A DNA stretch of 64,000 nt, from the NCBI GenBank assembly GCA_003345545.1, contig PRDH01000044.1, positions 125,793-189,792 of the forward strand, read 5' to 3'. A program made the translations under genes and the position numbers. The notes below the pieces were generated by a model. That model was not told the DNA's origin, ran no database searches, and worked only from the letters and a program-made list of their open reading frames with translations. Source of the DNA: Candidatus Thorarchaeota archaeon (GTDB lineage: Archaea; Asgardarchaeota; Thorarchaeia; Thorarchaeales; Thorarchaeaceae). Shown piece after piece: positions 47,038-56,170 of this stretch (position 1 is the first letter of the stretch; each line of letters starts with the position of its first letter).

Positions 47038-47871
47038 ATGACAGACAAGAAGGTTTCAGCGAGAAAACCGGTGACTGAAGACAGAAGGCAGTATCATCTT
47101 GAGGTCAAGGAGGGCGATGTCGCAAAGACTGTCCTTCTCCCAGGAGACCCGCAACGGGTCGAACGCATAAGTTCTCTCTGGGACTCCTTCAGAGAGGTCG
47201 CATCACATCGCCAGTTCGTGACTCACACAGGTAAGTACAAGGGAGCAGACATCTCTGCATGCTCCACAGGAATAGGGGGTCCAGGCATGGCAATTGTGGT
47301 AGAGGAACTTGCAAATGTCAATGTGGAATCATTCATTCGTGTAGGATCGTGTGCTACCCTGAAGAAGGACATCAGGATTGGAGACCTCATCATCTCAACT
47401 GCAGCCGTCCGTCTTGATGGGACAAGTCAGCAATACGTGCGACCGGAATATCCTGCATCAGCATCTCACGAGGTAGTTCTTGCTCTCATTGAAGCAGCTG
47501 AGAACCTTGGGCTCACGTATCACCTAGGAATATCAGCATCAACTGATTCATTCTACCCGGGTCAGTCACGTCCGGGATATAGGGGATACTTCCAGAGCTT
47601 CAGTGCCACTCTCATTGATGACCTCCAGAGAGCAAACGTTGCCAACATCGAGATGGAAGCAGCGACCCTCTTCACTCTTGGGAATATCTATGGCTTTAGA
47701 ACAGGTGCAGTGTGTGCGGTCTATGCCAACAGAGTGCTTGATGAGTTCGCGGTCAAGGGAGAGATGGATGTCATCAGGTGTGGGAACGAGGCCGTGAAAG
47801 TCCTCGGAGAGATTGATGATGAAAAGAGCGCAGCAGGCAGAGACCACTGGAGCCGTAGAGTCTTGTCATAG
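47038..47871 (+). CDS. udp: Uridine phosphorylase
   Basis: QYHL, PGDPQR, STGIGGP, IRVGS, SFYPGQSR and EMEAA. Confidence 0.92.
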   Translation: MTDKKVSARKPVTEDRRQYHLEVKEGDVAKTVLLPGDPQRVERISSLWDSFREVASHRQFVTHTGKYKGADISACSTGIGGPGMAIVVEELANVNVESFIRVGSCATLKKDIRIGDLIISTAAVRLDGTSQQYVRPEYPASASHEVVLALIEAAENLGLTYHLGISASTDSFYPGQSRPGYRGYFQSFSATLIDDLQRANVANIEMEAATLFTLGNIYGFRTGAVCAVYANRVLDEFAVKGEMDVIRCGNEAVKVLGEIDDEKSAAGRDHWSRRVLS

Positions 47872-47916
47872 GGTCTCGTCAGTCGCATTCTAAGCGTTAC
47901 CCGTGGCTAGGTACTC

Positions 47917-49737
47917 CTATCTTCCCTTTCCTACGTAGTAATAGTCGCCGGATGCCTTCTGTTGTGAGTCAAGCTGGGATCCGTCTTTGTTGACACGTGG
48001 ACGTCCAGTCTGGGGGTCTCGCCGGAAGGTCACACCCATCTGCTTCAAGAAGCTATTCATTCCAATACGCAGAGTAGTGACTGGTGACGCCATACCTGAC
48101 TTCCCAGGAATGCCGCTGAAGATAACGAGGCTGTCACTTAGATAGTCAGCCATGAGGATGGAGTGTTCAACAACAAAAGCCGTCTTCATATTGTTCCGAA
48201 CATGTCTTCTTATCGCACGAGAACTTGCGAGCCGTTGTTCAATGTCAAGGAATGCCGATGGCTCATCCAGTAGATAGATGTCAGCATCCCGCGCAAGGCA
48301 TGCCGCGATAGCTGCTCTCTGCAGCTCTCCACCGCTCAGCTCCTGAAAGTTATGGTCCATTAGATGTTCAAGTTGGAGCTTCTTGATGACCCCCGTTTGA
48401 AAGTCAGCGGAATCGATATTGTGCCCACCTGCTTCGCGCAGGTACAGTCGCAAGTTACCCTCAAAGTCGTTGGGAATGTACTGCGGTTTATAGCTGATTT
48501 TGAGGTCAAGTCCTGTGACAGTCTTCTTCGGTGCCTCTCCCTGTTCGGGCTCGATTTCTCTGGCGAGCATACGCACAAAAGTCGTCTTTCCAATTCCGTT
48601 AGGTCCTAGAATGCCAATGACCTGGCCTTTTGACACACGGCCGCCCTTGACATCGAGAGTGAAGTTCTCAAACTCCTTATGCATATCCCCATACTCTATC
48701 AAGGTCTCGGAGAATGTGAATTCCAAGTCTTCTGTGGACATGCCTTTGAAGGAGATAGATGTGTCCCTGAATCGCATGTTCTCATCAGGAATGAAGCCAT
48801 CCAAGAACTGATTCACTCCAACGCGAGTCCCATGTGGATGGGAGATAATACCATAGACCCCCGGCTCACCATAGAACATGCACACATTGTCTGATACATA
48901 GTCCAGGATTGAGAGGTCGTGTTCCACTACGACCACTGTCTTTCCAAGTTCAGCCAGATGCCGAATTGCCCGTCCGATCCGAAGTCGCTCTCGAACGTCG
49001 AGATATGCGGTTGGTTCGTCGAAGAAGTATATATCGCCCTCACGGACAATGGCGGCAGTGACTGCGACACGTTGAAGTTCCCCTCCACTGAGAATCTTGA
49101 CTGGACGGTCCCAAATATCATTGAGGCTCATGTCCGCCTTCAGGTCCTTCAGACGACCCGAAGAGTCTGATGACTCTAGGAGCTCGCTGATCGGACGGTC
49201 TGCTATGTTCTTGACTTTTGGAAGATCGGTGATGTTCTGTGGCTTAAGAATTGGAACTACCGTGCCAGCCATGACTCTCTCAAAGAAGGGCTGAAGCTCG
49301 GACCCACGATATGCCCTGATGATCTCCTCCCAGTCAGGAGGGTTTTCGACGCGACCAAGGTTTGGCTGCAACTCGCCAGCAAGTATCCTCACTGCAGTGG
49401 TCTTTCCAACCCCATTTGGTCCGATCAGACCGAGTACCTGTCCTTGCTTTGGTATGGGAAGTCGAAACAACTTGAATCCATTGATACTGTACCTATGACT
49501 GGTATCAGATTCAAGCTCTTCAGGAAGATTGACTATACTGATGACATGATACGGGCATTTCTTCACACAGATTGCTTCTCCAGAACAGAGCGATTCAACT
49601 ATGACTGGAGGCTTGTCCTGTCCATCAGGAAACACCACCGTCTCGTCTCCTATACGAACACGGGGGCAGAACCTCCGGCACTCATGAGTACAGTCCTTGG
49701 GCCTGCACCTCTGTCTGTCTACAATGGCGATACGCAT
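47917..49737 (-). CDS. rli: ABCE1/RLI ribosome recycling ATPase
   Basis: N-terminal Fe-S domain, two NBDs (GPNGVGKT, GPNGIGKT, LSGGELQR) and RPRVNK.GS. Confidence 0.96.
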   Translation of the reverse strand: MRIAIVDRQRCRPKDCTHECRRFCPRVRIGDETVVFPDGQDKPPVIVESLCSGEAICVKKCPYHVISIVNLPEELESDTSHRYSINGFKLFRLPIPKQGQVLGLIGPNGVGKTTAVRILAGELQPNLGRVENPPDWEEIIRAYRGSELQPFFERVMAGTVVPILKPQNITDLPKVKNIADRPISELLESSDSSGRLKDLKADMSLNDIWDRPVKILSGGELQRVAVTAAIVREGDIYFFDEPTAYLDVRERLRIGRAIRHLAELGKTVVVVEHDLSILDYVSDNVCMFYGEPGVYGIISHPHGTRVGVNQFLDGFIPDENMRFRDTSISFKGMSTEDLEFTFSETLIEYGDMHKEFENFTLDVKGGRVSKGQVIGILGPNGIGKTTFVRMLAREIEPEQGEAPKKTVTGLDLKISYKPQYIPNDFEGNLRLYLREAGGHNIDSADFQTGVIKKLQLEHLMDHNFQELSGGELQRAAIAACLARDADIYLLDEPSAFLDIEQRLASSRAIRRHVRNNMKTAFVVEHSILMADYLSDSLVIFSGIPGKSGMASPVTTLRIGMNSFLKQMGVTFRRDPQTGRPRVNKDGSQLDSQQKASGDYYYVGKGR

Positions 49738-50300
49738 CTATTCTGTCACACTCGCTGAAGAGCTGTCCGAGATTGGCTCCGGTCACTATTTAGCGCTTTG
49801 GCTTAGTGAAGAAACCAGCCTTATGTTCTCCAAACCAAGATCGACACATGATGTGTCGCCTTGGAAAGCCTTTTGTGCAGTCCCGTTGTCATTGCCGCGG
49901 GATAGAGTAAGATGACCATACTGGACCGATTGTTCGACATGTTTGGGAGAAGACGCGCACTGAGGATGGGAGCAGTATCACCACCTACTGACCTCGTTGC
50001 ATACCTGTACAGAGTACGTGCTGCAACCTACTTCAAGATTACTGGCAAGACTCTGCCCAACCAAAGCCTGCCTGCGGAGAATGGCGTGGAGGACATGACT
50101 CGTGACTTGTCACCCTCTCGCAGACTTGCCAGAAGAGGGCTCTAGAACTATCGAGCCTTTGGGGACTCATGGGACTCGATTCCGCATTTCAGACCCATTA
50201 CAGGGAAGGCAAGCCAACCTATCACCGAAAGAATCCTGCAGACCGCAAAACATCTGATGCAAGAGATACACACATATCGATAGAGGAGTGCCAAGAGACT

Positions 50301-50717
50301 GTGTCACCATTTGTCTGCAACCATGATGGTTCATGCGAAGAGGTTCGGCTCTGCTGCACCGAAACAGAGATGACCCTGACTCGCGAAGATGCCAAGAGAA
50401 TCGAAACGTTAGGTTACAGAAAAGAGGACTTCCTCGTCAGAGTGATGGCGGGGTATTGCGAACTCAAGAATGTTGATGGACATTGTTATTTCTACGACCC
50501 AGATACAAAGGTGTGCCGCATATATGAGAACAGGCCGGAGGGCTGTAAGTACTACCCGATTATCTACGATGCAAGAAAGAGGAAATGCATTCTTGATACG
50601 GACTGCCCCTCTTCGGTGACTGTCACTCGAGAAGAGATTAAGAAGGTCTGCCATAGAGTGAGGCAACTGGTAGAGACCCTTCAACAGGAGGCAGCGCACG
50701 GTGAGAGCCCTTGCTGA
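50301..50717 (+). CDS. YkgJ-family cysteine-cluster protein
   Basis: C..C..CC, HCYFYD..CRIYENRPEGCKYYP. Start uncertain. Confidence 0.85.
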   Translation: MSPFVCNHDGSCEEVRLCCTETEMTLTREDAKRIETLGYRKEDFLVRVMAGYCELKNVDGHCYFYDPDTKVCRIYENRPEGCKYYPIIYDARKRKCILDTDCPSSVTVTREEIKKVCHRVRQLVETLQQEAAHGESPC

Positions 50718-51555
50718 CCTGCATGTACACTCGAACCACTCTGACGGTATCTTCTCTCCAATGCAGCTGGTCGAGATGGCTCTGAAGACGGGGCTCGGTG
50801 GCATTGCACTAACAGACCATGATACCATTGGAGGAAACAGGGAGTTCATTTCTGCGGGCAAAGGAAAGGACATTGTCTGTGTTCCTGGCGTCGAGATCAG
50901 CACAGAATATCATGGCTATGAGCTGCACCTCCTAGGCTATTTCGTTCCAATGGACAATCCTGAACTCGAAGAGGAACTGGCTGCCTTCAGAGATGAGAGA
51001 CATACAAGGTTTCCAAAGATGGTGCAGAAACTCAGAAACCTTGGATTTGATATACCTGAGTCAGACGTTCAGAGAGTCTTGCGGACTGTGGCATCTCCTG
51101 GAAGACCGCATCTAGCACGGATACTCGTTGAGATGGGCGCTGTCACAGACATTGATGAGGCCTTTGCCAAGTACTTGGCAGAGGGTAAGCCCGCCTACGT
51201 AGGACGAGAGAGACCGGACATAATCAAGGGCATAAGGAGACTAAGAGATGTCGAAGCAGTCCCTGTTTTGGCGCACCCCCTCTACTACCATGCAAACGAT
51301 CTCAGGAGTCTCTTGAGGAGCCTCAAGAAGGCTGGTCTAGCTGGAGTGGAGATCGTCTATGACTACGAGAGAGGTACAGACCCGGCAGAGGATACAAGAC
51401 AGGTTCAGACTGCTGCCCACGGACTTGGACTCATTGAAACAGGCGGCACTGATTTCCACGGGGACAGCACACACAACGACCTCGGCAGTATGACGGTCTC
51501 AGTCGATGTCATCGATCAGCTCAGGAAGGCTGCAGAGGAAATCAGGACTGCATGA
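50701..51555 (+). CDS. PHP-domain phosphoesterase (TrpH/YciV-like)
   Basis: DLHVHSNHSDG, TDHD, GVEIS, GRPH, LAHP and GGTDFHG. Confidence 0.92.
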   Translation: MRALADLHVHSNHSDGIFSPMQLVEMALKTGLGGIALTDHDTIGGNREFISAGKGKDIVCVPGVEISTEYHGYELHLLGYFVPMDNPELEEELAAFRDERHTRFPKMVQKLRNLGFDIPESDVQRVLRTVASPGRPHLARILVEMGAVTDIDEAFAKYLAEGKPAYVGRERPDIIKGIRRLRDVEAVPVLAHPLYYHANDLRSLLRSLKKAGLAGVEIVYDYERGTDPAEDTRQVQTAAHGLGLIETGGTDFHGDSTHNDLGSMTVSVDVIDQLRKAAEEIRTA

Positions 51556-51615
51556 TCGAACAGAGAGCGCAGAAACCTTAATCGGTTCTGCGAGTTGTAC
51601 ACTGTTGGGATACCA

Positions 51616-52521
51616 TTGAGAGTTATCGATGCACATGCTCACACGTGGACAAGGGACATCATCAGCGAGCAGGACCGGCAGGCAAGGAAGATTGCAGCAG
51701 AACGAGCAGGCGTAGAACCCCAACTTGATTCTCCTGTTCAGAAACTCAAGGCTGCGATGAATAAGAGCGGCGTTGAGCGAGCGGTTGTCCTGCCAATAGA
51801 CAGCGGCTTCACGCAGACCATGCCGCTGAGCCTCCAGGAGAAGACAGACTGGCACGCTGATGAGGTGGCCGACTTCCCTGACATCATCACATTTGTTGGG
51901 GTTGATCCGAGAAGAGGAGAAGAGGGTCTTCGAGAGCTTGAACGTGCTGTCACAGAGAAGGGATGCCGCGGTTGGAAGATGTACCCACCGAATGGTTTCT
52001 ACCCTGATGATGACTCGTTCTACCCATACTACGAGAAATGCGTGGACCTAGACATTCCAATCGTGATTCATACAGGGTTCACTTCGAGATTCAAACACGT
52101 GAAGTATGGACAGCCAGTCTATGTCGATAAGATAGCCACTGACTTCCCTACGCTGAAGATTGTCCTAGCACATGTCGGAGCCCCGTGGGTAAATGAGGCA
52201 CTAATGGTTGCATCCAAGAATCCAAATGTGTCAGTCGATGTTTCTGGGTGGCAAATCTTCGCCTCGAAAGTGCCAATCAGAGTCTGCCAGATGATTGCAG
52301 AGGCCAAACTGAATCGTGTGTTCCCTAATAGGATGTTATTCGGAAGTGACTTTCCGCTCTTTGAATATGCCTTGCCTCTTGAAAAATGGGTTCGATTCTT
52401 CGCGAAACTCCAGCTGCCGAATGACATGGTGGACCAAGGATATGCACAGATAAGTGAGGATGAGATTGAAACGGTGATGTGGAAAAACGCTGAACGCTTG
52501 TTCTTTGGTGATAGACATTGA
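51616..52521 (+). CDS. Amidohydrolase_2 family metal-dependent hydrolase
   Basis: IDAHAH, IHTG, LAHVG and LFGSDFP. Confidence 0.9.
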   Translation: MRVIDAHAHTWTRDIISEQDRQARKIAAERAGVEPQLDSPVQKLKAAMNKSGVERAVVLPIDSGFTQTMPLSLQEKTDWHADEVADFPDIITFVGVDPRRGEEGLRELERAVTEKGCRGWKMYPPNGFYPDDDSFYPYYEKCVDLDIPIVIHTGFTSRFKHVKYGQPVYVDKIATDFPTLKIVLAHVGAPWVNEALMVASKNPNVSVDVSGWQIFASKVPIRVCQMIAEAKLNRVFPNRMLFGSDFPLFEYALPLEKWVRFFAKLQLPNDMVDQGYAQISEDEIETVMWKNAERLFFGDRH

Positions 52522-53009
52522 CGACATTCATCGTAGATGCCATGCTTGGAAAGCTCGCAACATGGCTCCGTCTCACAGGTCATGATACATTCTATTCCAC
52601 GGTGATGCCTGATGAAGAGATGGTGCGCATAGCACACGAGCAGAATAGGGTCTTGCTCACTTCGGACGCCACTCTCTTCGGCCAGGCACAGGAGGCAGGG
52701 GTTGAAGCGATGCTTGTGAGAGGGTCTGTGGATGAGGGCGTTGCTAGCGTCTTCTCAAAATACGGAATCAATGCCGCGGCGGATCCTGCTACATCAAGAT
52801 GCACAAAATGCAATGGTGACCTTGTTCACATCATGGGGGATGAAAAAGTGCAGATCAAGGACCTTGTCCATGAGAAGACCTACAACTACTATGATGAGTT
52901 CTGGTACTGCAGATACTGCAAGAGTGTCTTCTTTCGAGGTGGACAGTGGATCAACATCGATGCATACATGGAGAGGATATCAGAGCTCATGCGAGATCTT
53001 GAGAGCTAG
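52518..53009 (+). CDS. Mut7-C RNase domain (DUF82) protein
   Basis: FIVDAMLGKLATWLRL.G.D, RCTKCNG and CRYC..F..G. Confidence 0.9.
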   Translation: MTTFIVDAMLGKLATWLRLTGHDTFYSTVMPDEEMVRIAHEQNRVLLTSDATLFGQAQEAGVEAMLVRGSVDEGVASVFSKYGINAAADPATSRCTKCNGDLVHIMGDEKVQIKDLVHEKTYNYYDEFWYCRYCKSVFFRGGQWINIDAYMERISELMRDLES

Positions 53010-53010
53010 A

Positions 53011-53463
53011 CTAACCCTCTCGAATCGAGATGTCATACTGGAACGGTATACAATCCTTGATAGACCTAGTGAGATGGCAATACTCCTTCATGAGAGAGAT
53101 ACACCGCTCCCCAGTCTCAAGCTCATCCTCCCCAACAACGACCTCGCCTGAGATAGTGACACCGGTAATGCGATAGCCAGTACCATCGAAGGCCGACGTG
53201 GCAGTGCCTCGAAGCACAAGTGACTTGAGTTCCATCTCAAAGCGGCGCTGGAAGTCAAGAAATGTATTGTTCAAGCATCCAAGAATCGTGGACACGAATA
53301 ACTCATCTGGACAGATGCCAGTGCCTTTTCCACCATATGCCTCCGGGGTGTCGTAGATAATCTTGCGCCCGGCACTCACTGTTGCAGTACCGCCAGTCTG
53401 ACCGTCCCACTCTGAGGTGGAGTGATACACTATCTTCTTGGGGTATTTTGACTTCAGTCGCAT
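53011..53463 (-). CDS. OsmC/Ohr family protein
   Basis: P..YGG....PDELF....GC ... YC.LTRSI. Confidence 0.85.
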   Translation of the reverse strand: MRLKSKYPKKIVYHSTSEWDGQTGGTATVSAGRKIIYDTPEAYGGKGTGICPDELFVSTILGCLNNTFLDFQRRFEMELKSLVLRGTATSAFDGTGYRITGVTISGEVVVGEDELETGERCISLMKEYCHLTRSIKDCIPFQYDISIREG

Positions 53464-53569
53464 ATTGGAGCCCCTTGCCTACTGCCAAGGAAGCTAGGAT
53501 TAAGCGTTCCGGTAGGTCTAGTCAGTAATTCATTTAAACGGGGATTGTGACCTAGCATCGGGATTATTC

Positions 53570-54613
53570 ATGCCTCGAAGGATGAAAGCAGCCATGTACT
53601 ATGGCATAGGCGATGTGCGGTACGAGGAAACAGATATTCCGAAGATAGGACCAGGAGAGCTCTTAATCAAGATTGGAACTGCCCTTACCTGTGGCACCGA
53701 TGTCAAGACATACAAGAGAGGGCATCCGATCCTGCTAAAGCACATTCCTTCACTCTTTGGACATGAGTACGCGGGGACCGTAGAGGAAGTGGGAAAGGGT
53801 GTGCAGAAGTTCAAGGAGGGAATGCGTGTTGTAGCCACGAACTCCGCCCCGTGTGGTGAGTGCTTCTTCTGCAAGAGGGACGCGCCCAATCTGTGTGCCA
53901 AACTCAAGGATAGTCTTGTCAATGGAGCCTTTGCTGAGTATATCCGAGTTCCTGAAGCAGTCGTCAGGTGGAACACCCATCCGATACCGGACTCGCTCTC
54001 TTTCAGAGATGCTGCTCTCACTGAACCATTGGCATGCGTGGTCCATGGTATCGAAGAATCGAACATCAGACCGGGCGACACTGCAGTCGTCATCGGAGCA
54101 GGACCGATAGGTCAGATGATGGCCATGCAGGCCAAGAAGAGGGGTGCGTCCACGGTCATTGTTTCAGACCTAGTGGACCTCAGGCGAGAGATAGCGAGAA
54201 AGGCAGGAGCAGATGTTGTTATAGATCCCTCCAAGGAAGACCCTGTGGAACGGGTGAAGCAGGAGACCTCAGGGAGGGGGGCAGATGTCGTCATTGAGGC
54301 TGTGGGAATTCCCAAACTATGGGAACAGGCAGTGAGCATGACCCGTGATGCCGGCACCACTGTGCTCTTCGGCGGAGCAGCATCAGGTACGAAGTTCGAG
54401 GTTGACACTGCGAGGTTTCACTATGGAGAACTCACATTGAAAGGTATATTCCACCTCAAGCCACGACACGTGGAGCAGGCACTGCAAATCATCATCGCGG
54501 GCGACATCAAGTCAGATCTGCTCATTTCGCACAAGATGCCTCTAGAGAGGACAAGTGAAGCATTACAGATGATGGGCGAGGGCAAGTCCATGAAGGTCGA
54601 GATTACGCCGTAG
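53570..54613 (+). CDS. Zn-dependent dehydrogenase (sorbitol/threonine dehydrogenase family)
   Basis: CGTD, GHE, CGECFFC..NLC and GAGPIG. Confidence 0.92.
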   Translation: MPRRMKAAMYYGIGDVRYEETDIPKIGPGELLIKIGTALTCGTDVKTYKRGHPILLKHIPSLFGHEYAGTVEEVGKGVQKFKEGMRVVATNSAPCGECFFCKRDAPNLCAKLKDSLVNGAFAEYIRVPEAVVRWNTHPIPDSLSFRDAALTEPLACVVHGIEESNIRPGDTAVVIGAGPIGQMMAMQAKKRGASTVIVSDLVDLRREIARKAGADVVIDPSKEDPVERVKQETSGRGADVVIEAVGIPKLWEQAVSMTRDAGTTVLFGGAASGTKFEVDTARFHYGELTLKGIFHLKPRHVEQALQIIIAGDIKSDLLISHKMPLERTSEALQMMGEGKSMKVEITP

Positions 54614-54631
54614 TCAGAGTATGGTGAGTCT

Positions 54632-55123
54632 ATGACGAGAGATAATGATGACGGCTCACTGCGAGGAAAGGCTGACATCTATAGGACCATAGCAATAGAG
54701 AGAAGACGCTCCATGAAGCTGCGGGACAACGAACGAGTGCTCATTGAGGTAATCCGAAATCTTGACACCAAGCATAAGGGACTGGTTGTCATTGTGGAGG
54801 GAAAACGGGATGCCGCAGTCCTGCAGAACCTAGGTCTGAAGGCGCCAATAGTGAGAACACAGTCGAAACTGCTAAGGTACCAGTTGATTGAGCAGATTGT
54901 TGCAAGAGCAGGAGCGAAGGGGCAGGTGCTTATCCTGACTGACTACGACCAAGCGGGGGAGGATATCTGTAGCTACATTGAGAAAGCACTTGAAACAACG
55001 GGCGTCAGGACCCTGAAGGGTGTCAGAATCAAGATCCGAAAACTGATGGGCAACTGGAGATTCATAGAAGAATTGGTCGCTCTGTTCAAGAGAAGGGACT
55101 CGCCAGAGAACGTGTCAGTGTAG
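54632..55123 (+). CDS. Small Toprim-domain protein (UPF0292/RNase M5-like)
   Basis: IVEGKRD, ILTDYD..GE and IEEL. Confidence 0.85.
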   Translation: MTRDNDDGSLRGKADIYRTIAIERRRSMKLRDNERVLIEVIRNLDTKHKGLVVIVEGKRDAAVLQNLGLKAPIVRTQSKLLRYQLIEQIVARAGAKGQVLILTDYDQAGEDICSYIEKALETTGVRTLKGVRIKIRKLMGNWRFIEELVALFKRRDSPENVSV

Positions 55124-55131
55124 GCAGGGTC

Positions 55132-56160
55132 CTACACAGTGACCTGACTTCCACAATTCGGGCAGATGAACTTGCCACCTGGAATCTCGGCTCCGCATAC
55201 CCTGCAGATCCTAGCCCTCTTTGCCCGCATCGTGTCAACTACCTCAGTAGACTGTGGCACAAGCACGAACTTGTTGTCAACGTACGAGAGCCGAAACTCC
55301 CGCGGACTCCCAGCAAGGTTCAAGAGATCAGTGGGCATGGGCAATCGGCACTTGTCATCCAGGCGTACAATTCTCGTTGTGTCAAGCATGTCAAGGTCAA
55401 TGCCAGTCTGATGGAAACCAGAGATGACACCATCGCGGAGCTCGACCGTCATATCAGCTTTCGATGCAACCTGCTGACTGTGAGTCACAATAAAGAAGGA
55501 TGTACCAATGGTTTCGTTCAGCTCTTGGAACAGATCCAGAATCCTCTCACCGGTTTCCGGGTCCAGATCGCCCGTCGGTTCATCACAGAGGACAAGTCCT
55601 TTCCCTTCGGTATCAAGCAGATTGACGAGCGCACTTGCAATGGCCACACGCGACTTCTCACCGCCGCTCAGAGTTGTTGCCTTGTTGCGCTTTCTCTCCT
55701 CGAGTCCCACCATCTTGATGAGTCTATCCACACGCTCCTTTCGGATAGCACGAGGTACTCCAGCAATCCTTGCAGCGAGCTCCACATTTTGCCATGCGTT
55801 GAGATGAGGCAGGAGATTGTTCAGCTGAAAATGGAATCCGATGAAGTTGCGTCGAGCCTCTGTCAAGACCCTTTCGCTGAGCTTGGTGATGTCAGTCCTC
55901 AGATTGGCCCAGTAGACGCGACCAACAGTCGCCTTTGTGATTCCCCCAATGACGTTGATGAGGGTTGTCTTACCTGATCCGGAGGGACCGACTACTGCCA
56001 TGATCTTGCCCTCTAGAATCTGCAACGATACACCACTGAGGGCGACGACCTCTAACTCCTCAGCCTTATAGATCTTGTAGCACTCGTTCACACTGACTAC
56101 AACGTCGTCAGGCAAGTCACTGTAGAGGTCCAGTTCTTCCTCCGTTTCGGTTATATTCAT
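55132..56160 (-). CDS. ABC ATPase (LolD/MacB-like) with C-terminal AbrB/MraZ-like and zinc-ribbon domains
   Basis: GPSGSGKT, LSGGE and CDEPTGDLD, followed by VRLDDKCRLPMP and CRVCG..CPNCG. Confidence 0.88.
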   Translation of the reverse strand: MNITETEEELDLYSDLPDDVVVSVNECYKIYKAEELEVVALSGVSLQILEGKIMAVVGPSGSGKTTLINVIGGITKATVGRVYWANLRTDITKLSERVLTEARRNFIGFHFQLNNLLPHLNAWQNVELAARIAGVPRAIRKERVDRLIKMVGLEERKRNKATTLSGGEKSRVAIASALVNLLDTEGKGLVLCDEPTGDLDPETGERILDLFQELNETIGTSFFIVTHSQQVASKADMTVELRDGVISGFHQTGIDLDMLDTTRIVRLDDKCRLPMPTDLLNLAGSPREFRLSYVDNKFVLVPQSTEVVDTMRAKRARICRVCGAEIPGGKFICPNCGSQVTV

Positions 56161-56170
56161 TCTTTCTCCC

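Noticed and set aside
49912-50283. 77-aa ORF whose frame stays open for 45 more codons past its TAG (possible amber/pyrrolysine readthrough)
   Set aside because: Neither part resembles a known protein, an open stretch this long is expected by chance, and no pyl genes are in the window.
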